From NCBI GenBank assembly GCA_043823005.1, contig JBDRBG010000013.1, positions 25,233 through 89,232 on the forward strand: 64,000 nucleotides of DNA, read 5' to 3'. The position numbers and the translations under genes were made by a program. Source of the stretch: Candidatus Omnitrophota bacterium (GTDB lineage: Bacteria; Omnitrophota; Gorgyraeia; Tantalellales; Tantalellaceae). This document shows positions 35,189 to 47,900 of the stretch, in pieces (positions within the stretch are counted from its first letter, which is position 1; the number at the start of each line of letters is the position of its first letter). The notes under the pieces were generated by a model, which did not search any database, was not told the origin of the DNA, and worked only from the letters and a program-made list of their open reading frames with translations.

Positions 35189-35750
35189 GGGACACCCCAG
35201 GGATTGAAATTGGGACAGGTCTGGGATTAATTTCAGAACCGTCCCTGATTTCCGCTCTTCTGTCTTTGCGAGGGAGCAAGTGTGATTGCGTCAATTCTCC
35301 GTCTTCGCGAGGAGCGTGAGCGACGCGGCAAACTCGGATAGAAATAGAATAAAAAGAAAAAATAAACCACAGAGAGCACAGAGGCACAGAGGGGGAAATA
35401 AGGCGCCTTTGGCGCCGTTCACGGGTCAAGGGTGAAGGGAAAGCGCTTCATCCGTCATTGGAGGAGTGTAGATATTAGGGACGGTTCTGAATTTGAACCT
35501 ACACCTGTCCCAAAATTAATCCCACACCTGTCCCCTAACCGTCGAAAGTTGGGTTTTGAATGGCTCTGTGACTCAGAGGCTCTGTGGTGAAAAATCTGGA
35601 AATCGGTCTTTAAAAAAGTGAATCGTCGTTAGTGAATGGTGAATAGTGAGATTGCCGCGGTCGCTCGTGCTCCCTCGCAAAGACAGAAAAGGAGGAATGA
35701 CCCATTTCGTCATTGCGAACCCTGAGCCAAGCGAAGGGTGCGGCAATCTC
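35189..35750. repeat. Composite repeat cluster upstream of the giant gene
   Basis: Family-A REPs (35262, 35301, 35648 inverted, 35709), CACAGAG/CTCTGTG inverted arms, GGGAC elements; largely duplicated at 50804-51237. Confidence 0.88.
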
Positions 35751-35821
35751 TAGAAAAAGTAAAAAAAAGACAGGGCTGGGAGTGGATTCAACCTGTTTTC
35801 AATCTTCAGGAAAGCTTTCAT

Positions 35822-35850
35822 TAGACTAACTAGCTTTTCCGTGATATAAT
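35822..35850 (+). promoter_or_regulatory. Putative sigma70 promoter of the giant gene
   Basis: TAGACT-17 bp-TATAAT with extended -10 TG. Confidence 0.6.
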
Positions 35851-35925
35851 GCACGAAATATTTTTGCAAATAATGCATATATATTAGAAAATGTTAATAA
35901 TCAATACGAATAATATAACGAAACA

Positions 35926-38900
35926 ATGATACGACATCAAACAAAATACAAATTCTGGATAAAAAGTATCACAATAGCTGTTTTATGTTTGTTTGTGGTA
36001 AATGATTTTGTGTTCGCGATTAATACTATTAAGGAACGAATGCCAAAATATACATTAGCGCCTGTTTCGCGGCTTAGCCCTATGGTGACAATCACAGGAA
36101 CAGGCAAGGACTTGTCTATTGTCGAAGAATTTTCTGACATATCTAATTTAGCCGAAGAATTTAAAAAAGACATTAGTTTTTCTTATATAACGCAGTTAAT
36201 CTCCCAGGTATTAACTGATTATGGCGTTAAAATTACTGCTCAAGGATTAATAAAACTTATCAGTCAGGATCTTGCTCATATTGATTTTAAAAAATACAGA
36301 TTTGACGGATTGTATCAGGATGAAGAGGTTTTTTATCTTCCCTGTTGTCTAAGCTGTATGGGAAAAGAATGGGAAAACAAGATTTACCTCAGGTATTATC
36401 CTAAAAAATATAAACCCCAAGGATCTTTTGATGAATATAAAGTTTTAAAAACGATTGATCTGAAAAGCGAAGAAATTATTTGTGAAGTATGTTGTTTGAA
36501 AAAAGATAATCCTGAGATATTGCAGAAGTTTGTTCTTGAAAACCCGCAGAAAAAACCCGAAGACAAGAAAAACGACATGATAGATACGCGTCCTGTTAAA
36601 GCTAACCTTCTTCACGAACTATACGTCGAACATGACATGGCAGTTAAAGAGATTATAAATCTTGAAAACAAACTATTAACAGCTGTATATGGCGGAGCAG
36701 GAGCAGATATATCGAATTTTTTATTGTCTACTAACGCGCAAAAAGGATATTTTATTTCACAATATAAAAACTTTTGGTCAGAACTATCAGCACAAGACCT
36801 GAAAGAATGTTTCGAGTCTCTCAGTGCAGAAGCATATATAAAAAAATATTGCAGTAAATGGTACTCTAAAAGTAAATATCATGATGGTTATGGAACTGCC
36901 GCGTTTATCTGGACTAATTGGCAGATAATAGCAGCGCTGGCTTTAGAGCTAAAAGCAATAGGAGTTGATCTAAGCACAGTTAAAGTGATCAAAGAAAAAG
37001 GATGTCCTGCAATACAATTTAAATGGAATTATTCCGGGGCAGAAGAAAAAGAATATAAAATAATTTTTGTAAATGCGGATATAACACGTCCTGAAGAATA
37101 TCAAGACATATTAAAGGACGAGAAAATAGACATTTATTATCAGCGCGCAGGGCTTGAAATCGCAAAAAATTATAAGAAGAAAACGAAAAGTTTTATTAAT
37201 TTTATTAACCAATGCATGAGAAAAGATGGATATTATGTTACAGATGATAATATCTGGTCTTCATTTTGGTTTATAAAGGCTAAGACTCCGCCTTTTCCAG
37301 TGAAAGCTAAAGAAATAAAAACCCCCAGAATTATAGACATGGACAAAAAGGTCCTAAAATTACGGAAGTGGTGTTTTCTGGCAGCAGATAATATTAAGGC
37401 TTATGGAGTTTGCGTAAATATCAGAAAAAAGCTTGATACGGAAAACGAACAAGATATTAATAATAATATCGATCAGCGCCTAGTTAAAGCCGGTCTTCTC
37501 CACGAACTATATGTCGAACATGATATGGCGGTTAAGGAAATAGTCAACCCGGACAATAAACCCTTAACAGTAGTATATGGCGGAGCAGGAGCTGATATAT
37601 CAAATTTTCTTTTGTCTACAAACGCTATAAAAGCTTTTTTTGTGGATAAAGTAGAAATTGATATTGAAAGAATACAAAAGCTTAAATATGAAAGCTGGGA
37701 CAAGCTAGAGCAACTTATAGAACAGGTTAAAACAGAAGAAGGAGAATCTTACAGGGCGTATAAAGAACGGTTTGGGTATGGGATTACTTGGGGAGAAACA
37801 GAAGAAGAAAAAAAGGATCTGGAACTTCTTATTCTTTTTGAATTAAAAGCCATAGGAGTTAATAAAAACTCGATCAGGATCAGAAACAATAAAGGCTTTC
37901 CGGAGATCAAGTTCAAGTGGACTTATTTAAATGGTGTTCAAAAACAATATTCGATTACATTTATTAATACTGCTATTGATGAACCGGAAAAATACCCAAA
38001 ATTATTACAAGATGTCTTAAAGAAAAAAATAGATATTTATTATCAGAGAGCAGGTAATTATATTGCTTCTAATTATGAAAAATTCCTTCCTTTGATAGCA
38101 TCAAAATTAAAAGCGGGAGGATTTTTAATTACAGATGACTTTTTGCCTATTGGGACCAGCGGATCTTTTTTGAAAAAACTCGTACAAAAGCATTTAAAAG
38201 ATATGTATATAGCTAATCCAGATTTGCTTTTGGCAGATAAAGAGCGGTCAATTTTTACTCAAAAAGATGAAATGAAAAATGACAGGATAAAACAAGCGGA
38301 GAGAAAAATCATAGAAGATAGACAACGTTATGTAAAGGATAGCAGCGGCAATTTTTCCCACTATGGCTGGGATGTTCATTTGCGCCAAAAAATAAGGTCT
38401 GTGAATACTGTCAAACCGCCTCCGGGGACGCCTGCTACGTTATTAAAATATATGTATGATAACAAAATATTTAAGGATAACGCGAAAACAGCTATGGATA
38501 TGGCAGGGCAAAGAGGCGGCAAAGATAGCCTTTCTACAATATATTATGAACTAAACGTTTTAAGAAGAGTTGGTTTAGCGATAAAATCCGGGACAAGGTA
38601 TTATTTGCGGGAGGAGGCCATAGAGATGCTTCCGGAGACAATAATAAATGAAAACCCTGAATTAAATATTGCTTACCCTTCGGAACAAGAGAAAACCAGG
38701 ATGAAAGAGCGGCTCAAAACCGGGTTTTCTCCAAAGACAAAAATTGATTTTTTGCGAAACCAGGGTTTTATCGGGCCGAAAGATATTATGAACGAATTTG
38801 GCAGGAAAAGAAAAAAAGGAGAACAGCAGTTTTTATGGGACGATGTGACGGATCCTGCAAAACTTTTTATGATAAATAAACTTGCCGGAAGTTTTGGGAT

Positions 38901-41900
38901 ACAGCCGGGAGAATTAACCGTGGGCCATTTCATGAAGAATAGGGAAGTTTTTAACGGCAAAAACATTCGAAGTCTTATTAACTGGTTTGATGCAAAATCC
39001 GGATGTAACGGCAGTTATAAGGAAGCATTAAAAAAACTGAAACAATATTTTAAAATACAAGATTTAATAGACAGGCAAATTCAAACAAGTGAACTTTTGC
39101 GTTTAATAAGACAAGGAAGAGCAAAAGAGGGAATAAATATATGGGAAAGAAGCATAAAATCGGCAAAATTATTTGTTCTTCAAATAGTTTCCGCAAAGAG
39201 AAGAAAGAAGATAGAACAGTTAAATGTTTATGATATTAGGGGCGGATTAGCCTGTTTTAAAGGCAACGGTGTTTCAGGGATCATCGATTGGGCGATGCGG
39301 AAGTTTTACTGCAAAAACAGCAGTGGAGTAGGAGTTCACCGTTTGAAAAAGTATTTAGGCAAACAAGACAAGGTTCCTCCGCATCCGGTATTATGTTTAT
39401 TTTGTACGGATTGGGAAGAGGCGATTAAGTCCGGAGTATTGTCATGCAAGACGTTAGCCGAAGAAGTAAGAGCCGTAGATTTAAAGGTAAGAGAATCTTT
39501 TAACGGAGAGGATGAACCGCATTATAATGCCGAATATTTTTCAACTGTAAGAATATTAGAAAAAAAAGATTTTATATTGCCTGTTTTAAAACAATGGAGT
39601 GGAGCCAAAAACAAGATTGGGATTGAAAGCCTTATGCGGATATATTGCCGGCAAATAAGGCCCATATTATATGGGCTCGATGAAAAGAAAAAATCAGGTT
39701 GTGATAGTATTGATGTTCCATCCCGGAATCTTGTTTCGGAAAAGCCGGTTCCTGATAAGCAAGAAAACAAAATAATTTTTAGAGGAATCGGCAAAAATGA
39801 AGATATGGATTATACGAATCTTTTCAGGGATCTGGATGCGGAAACCAGGGCCTTAGGCTGGCCTTTAGCGCGCAGACAAAGATATTTAACCCTTTTAGCT
39901 TCTATTAATAGCCTTGAAAGTAGAATGAAAGAGCTGACAGAGCGGGAATTACAGGCAAAAACAAAGGAATTTAAGGCGAGATTAGATTTAGAAGAAACAC
40001 TTGACGATCTTTTACCCGAAGCTTTTGCTGTTGTCAGGGAAACCGCGCGGCGCGTAATAAACGAAAGGCCGCATGATATACAAATTCTGGCCGGTATAGC
40101 TATGCATGAAGCTAAAGGAATAGAAATGGATTCCAGCCAGGGCAAAACTTTGACCGCGATGATGCCGGCTTATTTAAATGCTTTGACAGAACGGGGAGTG
40201 CAAATACATACGACTAACAATTATTTAGCTAAAAGAGACGCCGATTATATCGGTCGGATTTTTGACTTTTTGGGCCTAACCAGCGGAGCTATTACTTCAA
40301 AAGGATCTTTTTTGTTTAAAAAAGAAGGTAATCCGCGGACAACAAGTAAAATAAGAAACCTTTGCGTATTACCGCACAAAAATCAGGAGGAAATCAGGGT
40401 TTCTAAAAGAAGGATATATAATACTGATGTTGTGTATGGTTGGGCGAGAGAAATAGTTTTTGATAAGCTTAAGGATGACCTGGCTGACGGAAGGGGCAAT
40501 CTGGTTCAAAGAAACCTTGCTCCGGAGCTTATTATTGTGGATGAAGCAGACAGCCTTTTAATTGATGAGAATAAAGACATGTTGGTTTTAGCCGCGCAAA
40601 ATAAGAACTTTTTTGAGAGAAGATTTTTTGAATTAATATATGACTTTTCCGGCCGTTATATTCCGAAAATAGATTACAGCGTCGATATATACGAAAGAAC
40701 AGTATCTTTAACAGGAACAGGGAAAGTTTTGATCGAAGAGCTGTTATTGGAATCTCCGGCGCTTAAAAAAATAGACAGAGAGTATCTTGTTCTATTAATG
40801 GAAAAAGCCCTGGAAATACAGTTTTACGCGAAGGATGAAGATTATACTGTATGTTCGGGGAAAAAAGTTGTTATTGTTGATAAGTATAGCGGCAGGTTAA
40901 AAGACGGAAATGTCTGGGAACATGGGGTACAGCAATTTATAGAAAAACAGGAAAAGACTGTTTTACATGAGATGATCTTTTCGGTGCATGAGATGACGTA
41001 TAAAAACTATTATGGGCATCAGGAGAAAATAGCTCCTATGAGCGCTACTCTTTTGAGCGAGGAAGAAGAAATATCAGCTAATTATGGAGTAGAAATAGTA
41101 AAGATGCCTTTGCGAGTAGAGTCAAGACGCGAAAATTTGTATCCTTTAGTTTTTTTAACAAAAGAAGAAAAAAGGGCCGCTATATGTAAAGATGTTCTAG
41201 CTATGCAAAAGAAAAGGCGTCCTGTTCTGATCGGGGTGTCAACTATCAGGGAAGCTGAGAATATAAAAAAAATATTGAATAAAGCGGGTATTTTTCCGGA
41301 AATTCTGGACGGTAGGAACGAAACGATTGAAAGCAGTATTATAGAACGAGCCGGACAGTGTTCGGGCGTAACTATAGTTACACCGGCCGGAGCAAGAGGA
41401 GTGCATATACGGCTTGGGCAAGGTGTTTCTGCGCGCGGCGGTTTGCATGCAATAGGAGGGGTTTTTTATGAGAACAAGAGAATGGAGGATCAATTTAATA
41501 AACGCGCGGCCAGAGGCGGAGACCCCGGAAGTTCAAGAAATTATATATCGTTAGATGAAGAGAATATACGGATTTTTGGAGGAGATGACAGAAAAAAACT
41601 AAAACAAGCCCTGAAAAACCTTGAACAATTGGGCCTTTCACAGGAAGAAGCGATTTTATCTTCTGAAGGCAGAGAAATAATAAGAAATATTCAACATTTG
41701 CTCGGCAGGATTCGTAAGCGGCAGGAAGATTACGTCAGGCGGTCAAGAGAACGATTTTTAAAATATGATGATATTATAGATCCTTTTAGGGAATGTTTTT
41801 TCTCTTTTCGCCGAAGCATTCTTGAACTTGAGGATGAGGGGGAAAGAAGAAAAACATTAAAACTGATTGATGATTTATGGATACGATGTCAATTGGATTT

Positions 41901-44900
41901 AAGCAGGTTAAAGGGCCGGGTAGATATAAAAAAATATGAAAAAATAGTAAATATGAAATTTGACAAAATAGCGGATTGTATTAAAAATAATTGTAAAATA
42001 ATTCCCGCCCCAAAACAAAATATTCCGGGCGGTGAAAATATCGAGCTGATGGAACAAATGGCTTTTAGTCCGGAAACACAAAACATATATATCCATAAAA
42101 ACTCGATTTTAATAAAAGAATATGAATTTATGTTCGAAGCAGGAGAAAAACAATTAAAAGAGCAGGTTCTCTTAATAAGCGATTTTATGGGCGGAAACAT
42201 CCCAAAGATCAACTTGATGGAACTCATCAAAAGAAAACAGGAAAGGATTGAAAAAGCGATAATAGCCAGGGCAATACTGCAGACTGAAAGCGACAGAGAG
42301 ACAGCAGAACTTTTGAATTGTGAAGAACGGTTTGGTTATAATAAAAGAAAACAATACGGATGGGACAGAAAGGAATGGCATAAAATAATAGAATATTCCG
42401 AGGGTGTACCGTATGTTCCGTTTTTGGGAATAGATCTAAAAAAAATATTAAAGGAAGTACGGGAAACGCTCGGACAGTATTTAGTTAAAGGGGCGCTTTT
42501 TTGGACAACCGGCGACAAAACAAAAGCCCTGGAAAAACTGGGAGTAAATATTGATACAGGAAAGGAGATAACGGAGTTATTGGCAAAATACAGGGGAGAT
42601 AAGCAATATGTCGCGCAAAAATTACATATAACAAAAAATCAACTGAATTTATGTCTTCAGGAAACAAAAGAAGTTTTAGGGTGGCTAGAAGATGTGTGCG
42701 CGTTGGAAGTGCCTGAAGAACCAAAAACCTGTGTATTTGAGGATATTCGGGGATATTCTTATCAAAATGATTTGAAATGCGGATTTATCCAATCAAAAAC
42801 AGGAAAAGCGCCTGAAGCACTGGGGAAAATACGCAAAGAACAAAGAGAAAAGCTTTCGCCGGTCAATATTCCGGATTCCGAAGATCTTGTAAATTATATT
42901 CAAACAAAAATAGATCTATTTCCTCAAAGCTTTTTGCAAACAAATTTACCTGAATGGATAACGATGCAGGTTTCTGTTTGCCGCAGAGAATTCAATGGAG
43001 CTCTTGAAAGGATCAAAAATAATAAAATATTTTCTTTCAAAGCCTTGATATATGACGATGAAGATTATGCTTTAGGATACGGGGATGAGGAAGAAATAGG
43101 GATAGCAGAAGAACTTTTAGGTTTAGAAAAACCTCTTTTAGCCGAATATCTTTTTCATGAAGCAATTTGTTTTAAGGTGGGACATAAAAAGGCAAGAGAA
43201 TTGCAGAGTTTTCTTTTCCCTGAAAACTATAGCACAACAGACGCCGGCATTCGAAAAAGTAAATTACAGGAAGAGCTTCGAGCCGTTATAAAGAAGAAGG
43301 TAGATTCAAAAGAGCCGGAATCAAAAAAAGAAGAAGCAGATGCTTTGGAAGAAAAGGGCATAGAACAAGAAGAAAAATTTACAGGAATACGATTTTTAAA
43401 AGACAGAATTCTTATAATAAAGAAAGATTTCAGGTTTTCATTACAGACTCCGCGCGTTAAAGACGCGTTATCTCGTATGCATAATTTTATGCGCAAAAAA
43501 CTTCCCTCTATTGACATGAATCAATTGATAAAAAAGATAAAGGAAGAAATAGAAAAACCATTAATTGCCGGAGCTTTTGTTCAAACAAAAGGAAAGAAAT
43601 GCCAGGCTATAGAATTACTTGATATGTATTCGGCAGAATTTCACAATAAATTTCAAAAGTACAATTTCTTGGATACTGAACTTTTGCGGGAATATGCTAA
43701 AAACGTTCCCGTAATCCCGGCTGAAGGAATAGAGTTAAAAAAAATAATCAAAGAGGCAGTTAATAAATTAGAGAAACATTTAATTGTCAGGACATTGAAG
43801 CAGACAAAGGGACATAGAAGCGAAACAGCTAAACGGTTAAAAGTTTCTCTGGCCGGATTGTGGTATAAAATAAATCAGCTTTTTGAAGAGAACGACGGCA
43901 TTTCTAAAGTTTCAACAGGGACTAAAAGGAGAGAGGATATGCCTGTGGATACAGAGCCGGCAATAGAGGTGTCAGACAGCCTTAGTGGCGATAAATTAGA
44001 AGCAGGTGGGCAGGTAGAGGATGTTGTTACATCAAAAAAGCCTGCTTGGGCCGGGTTCAAAGGGCTTTCGCTCAAAGAAATGGATGAAATAATAGCTATC
44101 ATAAATAGGAACGCACATCTAAAACAAGCCGCGGCTAAACTCGGAATGTCGCATTACAAGCTTGGAACAAAGATACAAGAAATAAGAGAGAGCGCTTTAG
44201 TCCGGGAAGATAAAAGGCGTATCGAGAGCCTGGACAGGGCTTTAGTATTTTTGCCGAGTTATACTAATAGGTTATTAAACGCGTTAAAAAAGACAAACGG
44301 GAATCAAACAATGGCAGCGCAAAGATTGGGACAGCAGCCCGCGTATATCAGTATGATGCTAAAAACAGCAAAAAAAGCCATTATTAACAAGGGCAACGGT
44401 TATTTGTTTGCGAAATATGATCAGTTGCCGGTTTCTAAGCGCGGAAAAGGAAGAAAGAAAAAAGAAGAAGGCATAATGCCGCATATCAATAAAGCTGAGG
44501 CAATAGTGGAAACAACAACTACAGAAGATAACATTCCGGAAGAAAAAATTGAACCAAAAACAATAGAAAATCTGAGAGATGCAGGAGAACTTCATAGCGA
44601 TACAGAAGAGACAAAAGATAGAGAAGCCGTAATTGATGCGGCGATAGAGGAAATAACAACTACAGAAGATAATAGTCTGAAAGAAAATATTGAACCAAAA
44701 ACTGATGTTCAAGAAACAGAAGAAATGCAAGAGACACAAACAATTGCAGAACCTGTTTTGCAGGAAGAAGAACAAGTTCAAGTAGAAGATATAGAACTGC
44801 CGGAAAATAAAGAAATCTTACAGAAAGTAAAAGACCTTGGATGGGATAACAAAACAATTGTGAGGTATTTGGGACAGCTGAACAGGATTAATGAATTAGA

Positions 44901-47900
44901 AAAAGACATACAAGCTTTGTCTGACAAAGAACTGGCGCTAAAAACGCAAGAGTTCAAATTAAAATTAAAAGACAAAACGACACTTGATGATATTTTACTC
45001 GAAGCTTTTGCTGTTGTCAGGGAAACTGCCTGGCGTGTAATCGGCAAAAAACCTTATGATGAACAAATATTAGCCGGGATCGCTATACACGAAGGCAAAG
45101 CAGTGGAAATGATATCAGGCGAAGGCAAGACTTTAGCCGCAATTATGCCCGCGTATTTAAATGCGTTAACGGAAAAAGGCGTACATATACATACAGTTAA
45201 TGATTATTTAGCTAAAAGAGACGCAAATCTTATGGGACAGGTGTTTGATTTTCTTGGATTACGGACAGGGGTCATTGTGCAGGGTAAATCATATTTATTT
45301 GATAAACAACTTAAGCGTACAAGAGAAGAAGATTTTAATTTTCTTAGACAATCCAACAGGGCTATCATGATGACCAAAAAAGACGCGTATGAGGCAGATA
45401 TCGTATACGGATATAACAGGGAACTGGCGTTTGATCATTTACGCGATAATTTAATACATAAAGCAACCGCGAGAGTGAACGGAAGATCTCCGGTGCTTAC
45501 AATTGTGGACGAAGGAGACAGCATCTTAATCGATGAAAATATAGAACCTTTAGTAATATCCATACCTAGGACAGATAATCTTTTAAAATATATATTTAGA
45601 GAGGTTTATAAGTTTTCCAAGAACTTGGTTTATGGAATAGACTACGAAATAAATAGTTTAGAAAAAATAGCTATTTTAACCGAAAAAGGGAAAGAACGGA
45701 TTAAAGACTATATAAAGGAGAATCAGTACTTAAGCAATATGGATATTTATTTATTAATTGATTTTACGGAAAACGCGATAGCAAGTGAACTGTATGTGAA
45801 AGATGTAGATTATGTGGTAGAAAAAAACAATGCCGGCGAACAAGAAATAGTTGCTTATGATGAAATTTCGGGAAAATTAAAATCTCAAAGTGTATGGGAA
45901 AAGGGATTACAGCAGTTTATTGAATTAAAAGAAGACTGCATTCTTACAGCTGTCTCACCTGTTGTAATAGCGATCTGTTATAAGAATTATTATTCTAAAA
46001 TGGAGAAGCTATCCGCGATGAGCGGAACCTTTGAATCCGTGGCCCAGGAAGCAAAGAAATATTACGGTTTAGAATTTTTGAAAATACCTATGCGTAATGA
46101 ATCTCAGAGAAAAGACTTGCCTGATATTATTGTAGCCACTGATAAAGAAAAGTGGACTCTGATAATAAATGATATTTGCGAAAAATACACAAAAGGACAG
46201 CCAGTTTATGTTGGGACGAGGAGCATAAAAGAAGCAAAGTGGCTGAAGGAACAAGTACAAAAGAAAGGGATTCATGCTAATGTTTTTGACGGACTGGATC
46301 CTCGCAATGAAGAAAGAATAATCGGGGATGCCGGCCGGCCCGGGGCTGTAACGATTACAACGCAAATAGGAGGAAGAGGCGTAGACATTGAAGTTCCGGG
46401 TGTTTCGGTGCGAAGAGGAGGGTTGTATGTGATAGGATCTGGTTTGTATAAAGATAAACGGGTAAAAGGCCAGTTGAGATTTCGGACAGGAAGAAACGGA
46501 CAGGTTGGGAGCACGGTATTTTATGTTTCTTTAGAGGAAGAAGATATTGTTTTGTTCGGAGAAGAAGAGCTCATTAACCTCAAGAAGGAAGTAGATTCTT
46601 TGACAAAAATGAGCAGAAAAGAAAGAACAGGGCGGGATGATGTCCGAAGGGATATTTTGAAAAAACAAATAAAACAGAGGGTGGAAACGATCCAAAAACA
46701 GATGCAAGAATATAGGTTTAATATGCGGGAATATGCAATTCAAATAGACGATAGACTAGATTATAAAAGACGATTTTTTTATTGTATGAAAAACATGAAT
46801 AGTCAACGGCATAATTCAGACAAGGGTTTGATAAGATTAAATAGTTTATGGGCATCTTATTTTAGTAATATATGGCCAACAAGAAACAGGATTTCAAAAG
46901 CAAAAAATATACAGGAAGACATTTTTGATAAAGGATTTCAACAAATGATTAGAAAAATAAAACAGGTCCCTTCTTTATATGAAGAACTATGGGATGTAAA
47001 TGTTCCTTCTGGTTTTTATGATTTATTAAAAGATATCAATCGGGAACAGAAAACTCAGGAAATAGGTATTTTTGAAAAAGGAGAGAGAGAGTTTGATTTA
47101 ATAAATAAAACGTGCGGATTTAAATTTAGTATCGGGCAAAGCGGTTATGGTAACACCGTCGAATTATTAAAAAATCGTATGCATGGGATAAAACTACGGG
47201 ATTTCATAACCGCGATAACTCAGGAAACTGAGAAGTTTTTAATATTAAAAGGTTTAGCAGAAACCGGCGGGAAGAAAGAATCGGTTGCAAAATTATTAAA
47301 AATGGGCATTAATACTTTAACTGATCGAATCCAAAAATATCACTTAGAAAAAAGTGAAAGTTTAAAGAAAAATATTAGAAATAACGCAGGCCTTTTGTTT
47401 GAAAATAAACATTTTTATCAAAGGGTTAAATCGATAGTTGAGGAATCTGAAAATTGTCTGATAATGTGTGTTTTAAGAGAACAGGATTTTGATGTAAAAA
47501 AAACAGCTAAAATATTAGATGTCAGTTTAGGGTATATCATTTTTAAAGTTTTAGAGATAAATGCAAAAATAGAGTTTAAAAAAAACCTTTATTGTGACAT
47601 GACAGAAAAGACAGAAGAAGAGAATGAGGAAATGCCTGTTGTGTCCGGTTCGTTTTCACAAAAAGACGTGGCGTATAAGATAGTTATCCAAAACAACGGA
47701 CTTAATATAGAGGGAAAAGATTTTAATATGACAATCTCAACGCCGCGAATAAAACAGTGTTTGCTTTCAATCGCAAATTTTGCAAAAGGGAGGGAAGCTC
47801 AAATAAATTTAATGGAAATAAAAGAGGAAATAGGGAATGAATTAATGAAGAGTATTTTTTGCAAAACTAAAGAGAACAACATGCATAGTTTTGATATTGC

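Noticed and set aside
39853-46860. Calling the giant ORF the housekeeping secA
   Set aside because: Two shortened, motif-degenerate copies embedded in a 4930-aa signal-peptide protein.
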